Of a stretch of DNA of 64,000 nt, positions 51,001 through 61,256 are shown piece after piece. The notes beneath the pieces were generated by a model. That model was not told where the DNA came from, did no database searches, and was given only the letters and a program-made list of their open reading frames with translations. A program made the translations under genes and the position numbers. The DNA comes from Octopus vulgaris (lineage: Eukaryota), in NCBI GenBank assembly GCA_951406725.2, contig OX597831.1, positions 7,502,001 through 7,566,000 on the forward strand, given 5' to 3'. Position 1 is the first letter of the stretch, and each line of letters opens with the position of its first letter.

Positions 51001-54000
51001 TGTAAAAGATTCGAGCGAGGCCGTTGTCAGTACCGCCGGACTGGCACGTAAAAGCATCCACTACACTCTTGGAGTGGTTGGCATTAGGAAGGGCATCCAG
51101 CTGTAGAAACTTTGCCAGATCAAGATTGAAGCCTGGTGCAGCCATCTGGTTCGCCAGCCCTCAGTCATTCGTCCAACCCATGCTAGCATGGAAAGCAGAC
51201 GTTAAACGATGATGATGATATTGAGAAACTAATCATATTTTGTCCTATGTAATCGGGCTGAACACACAATTACCCCCAAAGTTTTCCTTTGGTAAAATAA
51301 TCCAAGAACGTTTTACATGGTAAAATCCAAAAATATTGAAATTGCTTTTCAAAGTCAGTCAATTTCTGAAACTTTTCCTTTCAGGTGGCCTTGATGATGC
51401 ACTGAATAACATCTTGAATCTTTGTACTGACCAGAATGTACCTTTTGTTTTTGCTCTGGGCCGTCGTGCTTTAGGACGAGCCTGTGCCAAATTAGTACCT
51501 GTCAGTGTTGTTGGAATATTCAATTATGAAGGCTCTGAGGTAACCTTTTACACCTATTATTTATTTGATTGTCATCTGTTCTCATTTGTCATGTTTCTTT
51601 GCTTCCACAGAAACAATCATGTTAAATGAAGAACAGGCTATGGGTGGGGGGCAGGGACAAAGGAATTCATTGCAAGCCCCCCCCCCCCCCAAGTTATCTC
51701 CCTAACTAATCTAAATAACACCTCCAAACAGCTTTGAAACACTCATCATGCATCCAGCTGTAGAAATACTGCCAGATCAGACTGGAGCAGCCTCCTTGCT
51801 TCCCAGACCCTGGTCGAACCATCCAACCCATGCTAGCATGTAAAACAGACGTTAAACAATGATGATGATGACGACTGTAACCAGATCCTTTACAAGGACA
51901 TTGATGCTTGCTGTACCATGTTGCTGCGGGATCAAGTTTCATTCCAAGATAGACTTTACCATAAAGATCCAAATTTCTCATGGCTAGAATAAGATTTAAA
52001 ATAAACTTTGATAACAGATGATGAGTAAATAATGAGGAAAACCTATTTTCTCTTCACATGAAGCTTATTAATTGGTGATCTGTATGAAAAAATAAAATAT
52101 GCAGCCTCACAGCACAGTGATGTGGAGACCAGTGATAATCATTGCATTGTGGACGGTTGCTGTGGGTGAGCTTTTGTGGCCCAAGCAGAGTCTTTGACTG
52201 AACACTGACCCATGTTGTTATAGATCAAGTTCACGATATGCATAACATGTACATTATTTACATTTGACGGATATTTGTCCTCATCTTGTTTGTTGTTAAC
52301 ACAACTTTTTGGCTGATATACCCTCCAGCCTTCATCAGGTGTCTTAGGGAAATTTTGAACCTGGATTCTCATTTCGTCTGCTGCTACGTTCTGAGTTCAA
52401 ATTCTGCCAAGGTCGACTTTGCCTTTCGTCCTTTCGGGGTCGATTAAATAAGTACCAGTTATGCACTGGGGTCGATATAATCGACTTAATCCGTTTGTCT
52501 GTCCTAATTTTCCCCCTCTGTGTTTAGCCCCTTGTGGGTAGTAAAGAAATAATTATTATTATTATATGCCTGTGGAGAGATGGATTATAAGTAATATGTA
52601 ATCAGGCAAATTGACAAAAAAAGAAAAAAAAGGTTAGAAATAACAAATGATAAATTAGAATTTACAAAAGTATATCTTGTTATAAAACCTCTGTAACTCC
52701 ATCTTGTTCTTCCAGTTATTTCCCAAATGACATTTTTAATACATTCAAAATAACAGAAATTGTAAAACAACAAATCTAGCCAGTGGCTGGATCACACCAT
52801 CGCTTATAAAATCATAGCACTCCGTCAGTTGCGACGATGAGGGTTCCAGTTGATCCGATCAATGGAACAGCCTGCACGTAAAATTAATGTGCAAGTGGCT
52901 GAGCACTCCACAGACACGTGTACCCATAACGTAGTTCTCGGGGAGATTCAGCATGACACAGAGTGTGACAAGGCTGGCCCTTTGAAATACAGGCACAACA
53001 GATAAAGGAAGAAAGAATGAGAGAAAGTTGTAGTGAAAGAGTACAACAGGGTTCGCCACTACCTCCTGCCGGAGCCTCGTGGAGCTTTAGATGTTTTCGC
53101 TCAATAAACACTAACAATGCGCGGTCTGGGAATTGAAACCACAATCCTACGACCACGAGCCTGCTGCCCTAACCACTGGACCACATTGCACCTCCACACA
53201 TCTAACAATAAATTCAATGTCGCATTTCTTGTTCTACCAGTTAACAACTTACTGTCCAAATCTTGCTTTAACAATATAATCTGAAAACAAGGGATTCTCT
53301 TTCTGCATTTTATTTCCCTCGCTTCCTCCCCTCCTCCCCCACTAAGTGAGACATATCTATTTTTTCAAGATATTTGGTGAATAGTATGTGTATAGGCTTT
53401 TTTTTTCTGTTACTAAGTCAATTCCACTTTTATAAAACATTTATTCAAAAATAAAAAGAAATTTTATTTAATCTGATTTTATGTCAGTTATTCTTGAAAA
53501 ATATTGATTGCTTCCCAGACCCCAGTCGAACCGTCCAACCCATGCTAGCATGGAAAGCGGACGTTAAACGATGATCATGTTGCTGCTAATTATTGGTTAT
53601 CCTGTTTAACATTTAAATTTTGTTAATGTCATAAAATGCAGAATGACTTTTAATACGGAGCTTCTTGATCCCAAAATTCTTTGTGTAGTCAACTTTCATC
53701 TTTAAAACTGATTCCAGATTTTGGTTTAATACATTCTTCCAATTCAAAAATATTCTTTTTTTTCTTTTTTCTTTTTTTAGGAGAATTTCAGAAAATTGAT
53801 GGAATTAACAGAGAAGGCTCGTCAGTCATACGTGGAAATGGTTGCCATGATTGAAAAAGACATTCAGGAAAATGTACCCCAAATATACTCGAATCCAACC
53901 CAAATCTTTGCTCACATGGGCCATTCCCGAACCCCGTCAGGTTGCAGTGGGATTTCGTTTGCCAGCAGTATTCTCTCTGAACCCATCTCAGAAAATTACC

Positions 54001-54863
54001 CACAGCTGGAACCTGAGACGGACAGCCGAGGAAACGAGATTGCCAAGAAAGAGAAAGATTCTGAAATGAAAATCTCTCCACTTTGTTTTCACCAAATAAC
54101 TGCGTCTTCTGCAATGGCCGAAATCGATGATGGTAATGAAGCCGACACAGAAGATTCAAATGATACGGCGTGTGCTCGCATTGGGAATGGTAATCTGGAA
54201 TCGTTGTCATCTGGTTTTGAGCAGTGCGACAGTGAAAACGATGACGATGGTTTAAGTAATAATTTTATGTTACACGAAGCCCTGAACGTGTTGCCACACA
54301 TTGATTCCATTCATTCTGTTGGCTACGAACTGAACACAGAGATTCTCTCTCAACACTCTGTACGCACGGTCGGCGACACCAGCGAGGTGTTATCAACCCA
54401 TTCTTCAAAGACCATTGGGGAAGGAAGCTCCACTATTGTGACGGAGACTTACTCTGAACAGGGACATCTCGACAAGACGACCAGCTGTGCTGACAGCTCC
54501 ATCAATTTGACTCGAGTGAAAGCTGTAGAAAAAGACAAACTGATTCAGGATTGGGTGAAGGCATCTCAGTGCTGTTTGGAAGAAGGTGGAAGCAGCGATC
54601 AGGAAACAGCGAAAGAGGACAGCTGTGAGAGCAGTGGAAGTTCAAAAGATTCCACAGTCTTGCCAACTCTTTCTTCGTCACCGTCGGCAACGTTATTAAA
54701 GATAAGCAGTAATTTATCACTTGAAACCGTGGCATCAGTAAGCAGTACGGCAACCACGACAACAACAGTAACCAGCAACACACCTTCAAAGACTGTCCCT
54801 AATGAAACAAGTAGCACAGTCGTAACCCCAACAACCGCTGCAACTGTTGAGCTTTCTCTCTAA
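18847..54863 (+). CDS. SECISBP2L: Selenocysteine insertion sequence-binding protein 2 family (SBP2/SECISBP2L-type), 17 coding exons, ~1305 aa
   Basis: join(18847-18876,28589-28806,29122-29177,30823-31277,32996-33125,34803-35503,36735-36783,38226-38554,40845-40892,41447-41554,42672-42766,44422-44474,46425-46611,47569-47674,49471-49585,51385-51539,53781-54863) = 3918 nt with GT-AG introns and matching phases. Family motifs: [52 protein letters not shown] (SID), [12 protein letters not shown] and L7Ae [14 protein letters not shown]. Confidence 0.92.
19290..19665. repeat. Compound (TA)n/ACAAAT low-complexity repeat
   Basis: Read directly from the sequence; source of the spurious YI-rich ORFs. 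Confidence 0.95.
21310..22960 (-). mobile_element. RTE-clade LINE relic (RT fragments + 3' UTR)
   Basis: Minus-strand [16 protein letters not shown] and [16 protein letters not shown]...[10 protein letters not shown], continuing into the 3' UTR core shared by the abundant (GAT)n-tailed repeats. Confidence 0.78.
28589..28806 (+). CDS. SECISBP2L: SBP2 exon 2 ([10 protein letters not shown] motif)
   Basis: ttgcag| acceptor and GG|gtaagt donor; motif resembles the vertebrate SBP2 LSADVKPFVP. Confidence 0.85.
29122..29177 (+). CDS. SECISBP2L: SBP2 exon 3
   Basis: ttttcag| ... G|gtaagt; phase 2 in and phase 1 out, which is needed to join exons 2 and 4. Confidence 0.75.
30823..31277 (+). CDS. SECISBP2L: SBP2 exon 4 (Pro-rich)
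   Basis: ttctag| acceptor, open frame (ORF 30822-31307), AAA|gtaaga donor. Confidence 0.82.
31557..31813 (+). mobile_element. Hammerhead-containing structured retroposed insert (retrozyme-like)
   Basis: 14-bp direct repeat tatattttttaaca at 31543-31556 and 31814-31827. The GC-richer interior has many hairpins and the hammerhead core. Confidence 0.7.
31609..31650 (+). ncRNA. Minimal type I hammerhead ribozyme
   Basis: CCUGGA-CUGAUGA-UGGG(CAAGA)CCCA-GAAAC-AU-GUC^UCCAGG. All core nucleotides are present, with a 6-bp stem I, 4-bp stem II and palindromic ACAUGU stem III; predicted cleavage after C31644. Confidence 0.85.
32996..33125 (+). CDS. SECISBP2L: SBP2 exon 5
   Basis: ttctag|AAT...ACG G|gtgagt; ends EIAVQT, which joins to DF. 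Confidence 0.82.
33311..33783 (+). mobile_element. Multimeric SINE family A cluster nested in a family B SINE
   Basis: Two heads and two bodies of family A interrupt a family B copy. Confidence 0.75.
34803..35503 (+). CDS. SECISBP2L: SBP2 exon 6 (DSDSGYSSP, basic NLS-like tract)
   Basis: ttttcag| acceptor, ORF 34772-35542, AAT|gtaagt donor. Confidence 0.88.
35648..35893 (+). repeat. Local direct duplication of 34517-34761 with 11-bp flanking repeat
   Basis: ~245-bp near-identical copy; tttggttgagg at 35637-35647 and 35894-35904. Confidence 0.85.
36735..36783 (+). CDS. SECISBP2L: SBP2 exon 7
   Basis: Polypyrimidine tract with cag|; G|gtaaat donor; phase 0 to 1 bridges exons 6 and 8. Confidence 0.72.
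37009..37337. mobile_element. Palindromic MITE with long TIRs and 8-bp TSD
   Basis: ggatcttttcgctttgaccggcag ... ctgccggtcaaagcgaaaagatcc, with arms of ~110 bp; TSD aagatccc at 37001-37008 and 37338-37345. Confidence 0.88.
38226..38554 (+). CDS. SECISBP2L: SBP2 exon 8 ([14 protein letters not shown])
   Basis: ccag| acceptor and GAA|gtaaga donor; resembles the SBP2-family PVQLDLGxML motif. Confidence 0.88.
38575..39010. repeat. C/T-rich minisatellite (~30-35-bp unit cacctctattccaacaccccaccctcacccttt)
   Basis: About a dozen imperfect tandem units right after the exon 8 donor. Confidence 0.85.
40385..40610 (+). mobile_element. Penelope-like terminal-repeat relic with degenerate hammerhead motif
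   Basis: cttt-CTGAAGA-a-gagc(atag)gctc-GAAAC-ata-aaag at about 40487-40522. The family assignment is inferred from the minimal hammerhead form. Confidence 0.5.
40845..40892 (+). CDS. SECISBP2L: SBP2 exon 9
   Basis: ttttag|AAA...AAA|gtaagt; 48 nt, symmetric phase 0. Confidence 0.72.
41447..41554 (+). CDS. SECISBP2L: SBP2 exon 10 (Sec incorporation domain K-rich motif)
   Basis: [36 protein letters not shown]; canonical splice sites. Confidence 0.92.
42672..42766 (+). CDS. SECISBP2L: SBP2 exon 11 (VILKERE)
   Basis: tttag|GTA ATT CTT AAA GAG; AG|gtacat donor. Confidence 0.9.
44422..44474 (+). CDS. SECISBP2L: SBP2 exon 12
   Basis: ttctag|T...G|gtacgt; phase 2 to 1. Confidence 0.78.
45949..46169. 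mobile_element. piggyBac-like MITE
   Basis: TTAA|CCCTTTA ... TAAAGGG|TTAA. Confidence 0.7.
46425..46611 (+). CDS. SECISBP2L: SBP2 exon 13 (KIHSRRFRE)
   Basis: ccag| acceptor, GA|gtaagt donor; conserved SBP2 motif. Confidence 0.9.
47569..47674 (+). CDS. SECISBP2L: SBP2 exon 14 ([11 protein letters not shown]...[10 protein letters not shown])
   Basis: Conserved segment preceding the L7Ae domain; canonical splice sites. Confidence 0.93.
49471..49585 (+). CDS. SECISBP2L: SBP2 exon 15 (L7Ae domain)
   Basis: [38 protein letters not shown]. Confidence 0.94.
49648..49871. repeat. Imperfect inverted repeat / old MITE in intron 15
   Basis: attctggcagatt..aacacaaaatat..atcgctgtt..tgtcacag pairs with ctgtgac..aacagcgat..atatttgtgtt..aatctgccagaat. 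Confidence 0.65.
51385..51539 (+). CDS. SECISBP2L: SBP2 exon 16 (L7Ae domain)
   Basis: [52 protein letters not shown]. Confidence 0.94.
51874..51972 (+). pseudogene. Intronic duplicate of most of SBP2 exon 14
   Basis: 99-nt copy of 47571-47669 with 4 substitutions and no flanking AG/GT splice sites. Confidence 0.88.
52248..52372 (-). mobile_element. Penelope-like terminal-repeat relic with degenerate hammerhead motif
   Basis: Reverse complement: gacac-CTGATGA-a-ggctg(gagggtatat)cagcc-aaaaa-gtt-gtgtt. The GAAAC is intact in the related fragment at 23393-23418. Confidence 0.55.
52805..53197 (-). mobile_element. tRNA-derived SINE, family C
   Basis: The minus strand begins with a tRNA-like head (cagtggttagggcagcagg...gtttcaattcccagacc) also seen on the plus strand near 36312-36490. 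Confidence 0.65.
53781..54863 (+). CDS. SECISBP2L: SBP2 exon 17 (terminal; acidic and Ser/Thr-rich tail)
   Basis: ttttag|GAG; [17 protein letters not shown]...GHSRTPS...[12 protein letters not shown]; stop TAA at 54861-54863. Confidence 0.9.
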   Translation, partial: ENFRKLMELTEKARQSYVEMVAMIEKDIQENVPQIYSNPTQIFAHMGHSRTPSGCSGISFASSILSEPISENYPQLEPETDSRGNEIAKKEKDSEMKISPLCFHQITASSAMAEIDDGNEADTEDSNDTACARIGNGNLESLSSGFEQCDSENDDDGLSNNFMLHEALNVLPHIDSIHSVGYELNTEILSQHSVRTVGDTSEVLSTHSSKTIGEGSSTIVTETYSEQGHLDKTTSCADSSINLTRVKAVEKDKLIQDWVKASQCCLEEGGSSDQETAKEDSCESSGSSKDSTVLPTLSSSPSATLLKISSNLSLETVASVSSTATTTTTVTSNTPSKTVPNETSSTVVTPTTAATVELSL

Positions 54864-55282
54864 CTTCTTGATTAATGATCTGCTAAATCTTGTCTTTTTT
54901 TTCTTTCTTCTCTCTCTCATATTTTATTTATTTACCTTTACTCATCATTTCCCACCAATCAGTTTAAGTAAAAAGCTTATTCCAAAATACAAACAAGTAT
55001 TCTTACGGAAACCATTTAAAAGCTTTTTTTTTTTTGTTGTTGATTTCACTTTTTTTTTTTTTTTTTCTCAAAAATGATAAATTATATCAAGAAATGTTCC
55101 TTCGTAGAAAATGTTTTTATATTAATTTTTTTTCTTTTTGCATTGTTGTTACTAAACCATTTTTCTATGGAATGTGTATTATATATTAGGGCATCGGTTA
55201 TCAAAGGCCTACTCACCTGTACACTCACCCAAACTCTTTAGCAATTTCATCTTATTTAAAACAATAACAACAAAAACAGCAT

Positions 55283-55314
<32 letters not shown>

Positions 55315-56860
55315 GCTGTCTGCATAATCATACAATAAGTCGATTTTGTTTATAATTAATTTACTTCTGTTAATTTACTGAATAGTTTGAAATTATATTC
55401 TTTCATTTACCGAATTCCTTTCGTTAAGAATAATAATGAGATTTTATTATATTTGGGGATGGTCATTTTCTTTCTTTCTTTCTTTCGCCAATTAATCCCA
55501 TGCACTGTCTATTTGATCTTCACTTTAGCTTTTTTATCTGACATTTTGTGACCCTTTCAAGGACTATTTGTTCCTCGTATTCCTCTCAGAGAGAGGAGTA
55601 TAGACAAAAGGGAAAGAAAATCACAGAAGCAGTCACAAAATGTGTGAAGAAAGAATTCCAATAAAAAAAAAGCCAGAGTGAAGATGAAATAAAAAGTCCC
55701 TGGGTTGAATTGGCAGAAAAGAAAGTGATCGTCCCCAGGCATAAGAAAACCTGTTTCAAAACACAATTTCACATCAAGAACATTGCAAAACAAATACATA
55801 AACTTTATAATAATAATAATAATACTAATATGGTTATTAGCATAAATTCTCTAAAACAAATTGTTGTAAATGTAAGTAATTATTTTTCATTTTAGTGCTT
55901 AATTTTATGAGGAATTCATTTTAAAAGATTTTCCCCACTATTAATTAAATATTGGACAAACCTTGCTGCTAACACTGTAGTGTCTTGTGATATTCTATCA
56001 GGCTCTTTGATCCAGAGGGAAATCTAGAACCTGGTGAAATGAAGAAATGGTTTGTGTTTAGGTGTGGGACAAAATATGTAACCTTCCATGACCTGGTTTC
56101 AATTCTGCTTGAAACTACCTTACATTGCTAATAACTTTTAAAATGAATCTTATTTGTTTTCCTTCTCTATGAGTTTGTAATCTTGTGAAGCTGCTACAAG
56201 TCAACAGCTTATAGAAATCTCTCTCTCCCTCTCCAAACAAGTTATAGTTTTTCATGATATTCAGAATTAATTAGCCTATTGTCAACTAAAGACCGTAAAC
56301 AGTTTATTTCTAAATGGTTTTCTTTTAGAGATTGCTTTCATCTAAGAGGAATATTATTGGGGTTTTTCATTATTTAAATTTCACTTGAAATAACTTGAAG
56401 ATTAATCTTTGTTTCCAATGTAAAATCTACAAGATTGTTGTTATAATCTCCAACACTTCGTAACAGAACCTTTGATTGCATGACAGTGTTAATAAGCGTT
56501 GCCATAGGTACAACCAAAGATTAGTCTTTCAATCTCATCAACAGACATAGCATTCTGAAAGCTGGGTGTAACTTTTGATAAGAGACACAACAGTATTAAA
56601 TCTGGATGATTTTACTATCACTTTAAAATGGAATTCTGTTGTTTCTACGAGATATTTCTGTAGAAAATTGACACATTTTGACATTTCACTTTACACGTTA
56701 TTTTTTCTATTAGTGGGAATTACCAATATCTACCTGGATGTTGCTGTAACATCACATTACAGGGCTAATTGTATTGCTACTCAAACATAAAAAACACACA
56801 CACATACATATATATATATATATTAGAAGGCTTGGAGATGATGTACAGGTATTTTATATT

Positions 56861-57150
56861 AGAAGAAATGAGGTCCTCAGAAATTCGGATGGTTTTATAT
56901 TTACAGATATTTATTTGTATATTACATGTTTTTATACATCATATATTAGCACTTTCGTCCATTCTAGTGGAGTTTTCACTAAGCTCTTGAGGAAAAATTT
57001 GACCATTTTACTCAATAACACTATAAAAATGGTCAAATTTTTCCACAAGAACTTAGTTCAATTTGAAAACTCCACTAGAATGGACGAAAGCGCTAATATA
57101 TGATGTATAAAAACATGTCATATACAATTTCTGAGGACCTCATTTCTTCT
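56861..57150. repeat. Long inverted repeat (MITE-like) in the putative 3' UTR
   Basis: agaagaaatgaggtcctcagaaatt...atttgaccatttta pairs with aaaatggtcaaat...aatttctgaggacctcatttcttct around a ~13-nt loop; TA-rich flanks. Confidence 0.85.
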
Positions 57151-60100
57151 TTATATATAGCAAGAAATCAAGTGCAGATCTCTTTGAGGTATTTTTAGGA
57201 AATGGGAATAAAATTTAGTTTTACAATAAGGCAATGCGTGATGTGTTTCAGTCTACGATGTGTCATAGAAGACATCTAAGCCAACAGAAAACAAAGCTAA
57301 AACACCAAGATAAATTCAATTTGTTGACAATGACATGGGTATCTTTTGATGTTAGCACAATTGGGGGCGAAAGGGGCAATTTGTTTTTCTTTCCAAAAAA
57401 TGAAATTATTCCATGCCAAAAATATTGACTTTCAAATGTTCTAAAACGAACGATTTATTTATTGAGCATTGCAGTCTTTCATATTCCGACAATGAAAATG
57501 GAGACTGAATTAAGGTTTCGGAAATGTGCTCCCATGTTTCAAGTCAACACACAGCTAACCCTACTAAAAATAGTGTGGCTGGCTTAGCAACCAGAGAAGG
57601 GGGGGTCCATGACATGTTTCCATCTCAGCTAGACCCCCCCATACTTGACACTGTCTGTGACCAACATCATTGATTATTTGTAAGGAACTCATTTAACAGA
57701 CCTTCATGTCGATACAGTTGACTGTTATGACAATAAGCTCAGTGATGTGTTCAAGTCCTAGCACAGGTTTGAAAGAGAACATTTGAAGCTTAATATATGT
57801 AATCCTCTCAATTTTGACAAGATCACCAGGAGTTCAATCTCCAGGCAATGCCTTTAGCAATACAATAAAACAGTTGAGAAGAATGAAGATTTGAGATGAT
57901 AATTCCCACAGTTATAAATGAAGAGGAGGAGGAGGATGGAGCCTAGAATTGTTTACTAACAGACTGGATTTGGATTAACAAGTTCTTAATTCCAATACTG
58001 TGTTAGTCATTGGTTTACACACTGTTGACACCTCTCACTTGCAAAGTGTTCATGTTCTGACTTTCAAGAAAATATTTTCTTTTTTCTTCACTTGATCTCT
58101 GACTAGAATTAATGGAAGGAATTAGTGGGGGGGCGGGCGGAATGAACATTTCATTGCTAGGAATTTGACAGAAGCTAATCCAAAGACACAGTCTTCACTG
58201 ACATGGCAATGTTTGATAATAAAAGTTTTATTTAATCTGAATGTTTTGATTTTGAAACTAGAATAGATTCTATATTTGGAAAACTATATTTTGTTACAAA
58301 TTTGCTTTTTTTTTAACAATCATTTCAAAAATATTTGTGTAATCAAAGTTTTTCACTTACTGTCATTCGTTCTGCCGAGAGAGAGAGAGAGAGAGAGAGA
58401 GAAGAAATGGCTTCACTGAATTGTTATTTAAACAAATTAGTGAGAAAGAATAACTCTAACATTCTTAACAGATAAAAAAGACTTAACTAGTTTCCAACAT
58501 ACCCTCAAGTTATCAACTTCTGTTGTTATTTAACCCAAGGTCAGCATTGACTGACTAAACTTATATAATCAAAGGGTTTCCAGTCATGCCCACTCTGTCT
58601 ATGGTAGAATGAGCTTATTCAATGTGTCCTTCCTGGTTTTTTTTTTTTCAAGATATAATTTGAGAGAAATTTAGCTGCTATTTATAGCAGGTACAGGCCC
58701 CTTACTAATGTACCTACTAATCAAAAGAAACAAGTTGTAATGAAGAAAACTAGTTGGGAAGTAAAATCATTTTTCTCTGTAAACATTTTAATGATTAAAA
58801 AGGGGGAAAAAATAAAATCCAGGCAAAAATTGGTTTAGCTATCATGTAGGGTGGGCATTATTGGAAATTGAAAGCTTAAAGACAAGAATTAGTTGACCAG
58901 ATAAACTTATATATAAAAAACTTTAATTTTCAAATGATTTAAGGAAAGAAGTCCTGATGGCCAGTCGCTAGAATATATTTTTGAAATACTGGTTCCTGGA
59001 ACCCCTAATTATTATTAATCGCTGTTTTATCTCAATGTTTATACAATTATATTTCATCAAATGTTCGAGATGTAATTTTCCAGTACTTTTCTAAAACACT
59101 CACAATTTCATTTTAAAAAGTAAACTAAAGGAATTAGATGTTTCTCATATCATAGAAAAAAAAACAAAAGAGAGAATTTTGTAGCTTTTAAAGTTCAATG
59201 AAGAGCAAACTATGTTGAGTTCCATTTTAAATTGCAAAAGAATAAAAAGAAAAAAAAACAGAGCCTTATTATATCCTGTAGCTTTTCTACACCCTTTTAG
59301 TGCAAAGAAAACGGACCCAAGTAGAGCTTCTACAGACTGTGGTCTTCATGCAATAATAGGAACCAATCCAAGAGCACAATAAGGACAAAAATTGGAGCCA
59401 TGATACATATGCTTTGCGCTTGGGTTTTGTGCATCAAATGTGATTCTTCAGAAGTTTTTATAAATCTACGTAAACGTGAGAAATATCAGATCTGGATCAG
59501 AGCACAGAATTTATATTTGTGTTGGATTCACCATGAAGCAATAAATTACAGAATTCAATAAAGAGAAACAAGAATATTTTTTAACGTATTTCTGCAGACA
59601 ATTCTGTTCTTTTGTGGAGTGTCTATATTTACATTTGTCAAAAGAAACTAAATACTTGGTTCACAAATTTCTTGAATAGATTATTAAAAGTGCTTTGCTT
59701 AAAGAGTACAACTACCGTTACTACCCATGTGACAAAATCTAAATTTGTGTCTGGCCAGAAGTCTGTGTCACTTTTATATTGTATTTCTACAGATTTTGCA
59801 CCGTAACCTTCTCTCAAAACATTAAAATTCTGCATTTATATTCACATAGCTTCAGGTGTTTTTTTAGTGCTAATCGCTCAACTATGAGGCAAATGTACCG
59901 GATTAAAGTTCCTTGCTAATCGAGCTGGTCCTTAGCTAATTTGGTGTCAAGGAAATTGTTGATTGCATCTCTGGTCATTGCTCTCTTTTTGTTTTGTTTT
60001 TTTTAGTCACTGGAGAGACGGCATTGGTAGTCTAACTCTATATTGGTTTCTAATACTTTTGAAAAAATGCAAAAAATTTATTTTAAAATACAAATTTGTT

Positions 60101-60759
60101 TTGTTTTTTTTTTTTGAGTTCTTTAATAATTCAAATTGGAGAACTGCTTTCTGTCTTGTTATGTATTATAATATCTGTAATATTTTTTAATGTTTAAAAA
60201 TGATTGAAATCCCAAATCCCTTTTGGCCTATAAACTTCACTCATGGAAGCTGTATGTAACCAGAAAATTTTTCTCTTAAAAATGAATGTCTTCCTTGGAA
60301 ACTGCAAAAAAAAACAAAAACGATCAGATTCCTTTTGACCAATTGTAAAAGAAAGACAGCTTGCTTTATTCTTCACAGTTGTCGGTTGCTGCTTTGTTGA
60401 TTTTGGTCTTGCACTCAGCATTTTATGCAGTGATATTGTTGGTAGATTCCATTAATGCTTTTTTTTTTTTCTTAATCTCTAAAACAACCCCCCCCAAAAA
60501 CCCAATTGTTATTGTTTAAACTCTGCATCAGTTTTGTGATTTGGGACAGTTGCCTGTGAGGAATGCAAAACCCTCGGCTGCTTAACGACCATTGAATGCT
60601 GGTGCCATTGCAATGACTCCACTGATCTTCATATTTCAATAGAAACATTTCATTTATCGATGTTGCCTTTATTTCTCTGTGGCTGAGTGGCATCGAGTTA
60701 CAATGAAGCCCTTTGATCCTTGCTTATTTCTCTGCTCTGCTGGTTGTGTCCGCATCATC

Positions 60760-60860
60760 AATAAATAGATCTGTTTTACTGCTTGTACTTCACAATAAAA
60801 TAAACTAAAATGATTTTGAAGTCTTTTTTTTTCTCTTCTTTCTTTGAGATTTTTTTTGTA
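60760..60860 (+). terminator. Candidate distal polyadenylation region of SBP2
   Basis: AATAAA at 60760, 60794 and 60799, followed by a T-rich downstream element at 60823-60860. It lies at the end of a largely SINE-free stretch. Confidence 0.4.
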
Positions 60861-61041
60861 AAAAGGTTGTTTTGTCTCATCCCTTTTCAACTCTGAGCCG
60901 TCCTTTGGCATTCAGATGGGTTCCAGTCAGTTAAACCACTCAGTGTCACTCAGAATTGTTTCTCCAGTTACATCAAGACTCCATTCAGCTTAGAATCATA
61001 TTACAGTTGATCTTCAGCCTATTCCCTTGCCACTAGATTCT

Positions 61042-61256
61042 TATTTCTTTACTACCCACAAGGGGCTAAACACAGAAAAGACAGACAAATGGATTAAGTC
61101 GATTATATCGACCCCAGTGCATAACTGGTACATCCGAAAGGATGAAAGGCAAAGTCAACCTCGGCGAAATTTGAACTCAGAACGGAGCGGCAGACGAAAT
61201 ACCGCTAAGCATTTCACCCAGCATCCTAACGATTCTGCCAGCTCTCCGCCTTTAAT
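61042..61256 (-). mobile_element. SINE family A with 16-bp TSD
   Basis: cttgccactagattct at 61026-61041 and 61257-61272. Confidence 0.85.

Noticed and set aside
54864-60860. SECIS element in the SBP2 3' UTR (ATGA-containing stems inspected near 56088, 57492, 58740, 59138 and 60703)
   Set aside because: None showed the AUGA/GA quartet with a properly spaced helix and AAR loop by eye. SECISearch would be needed to exclude one formally.
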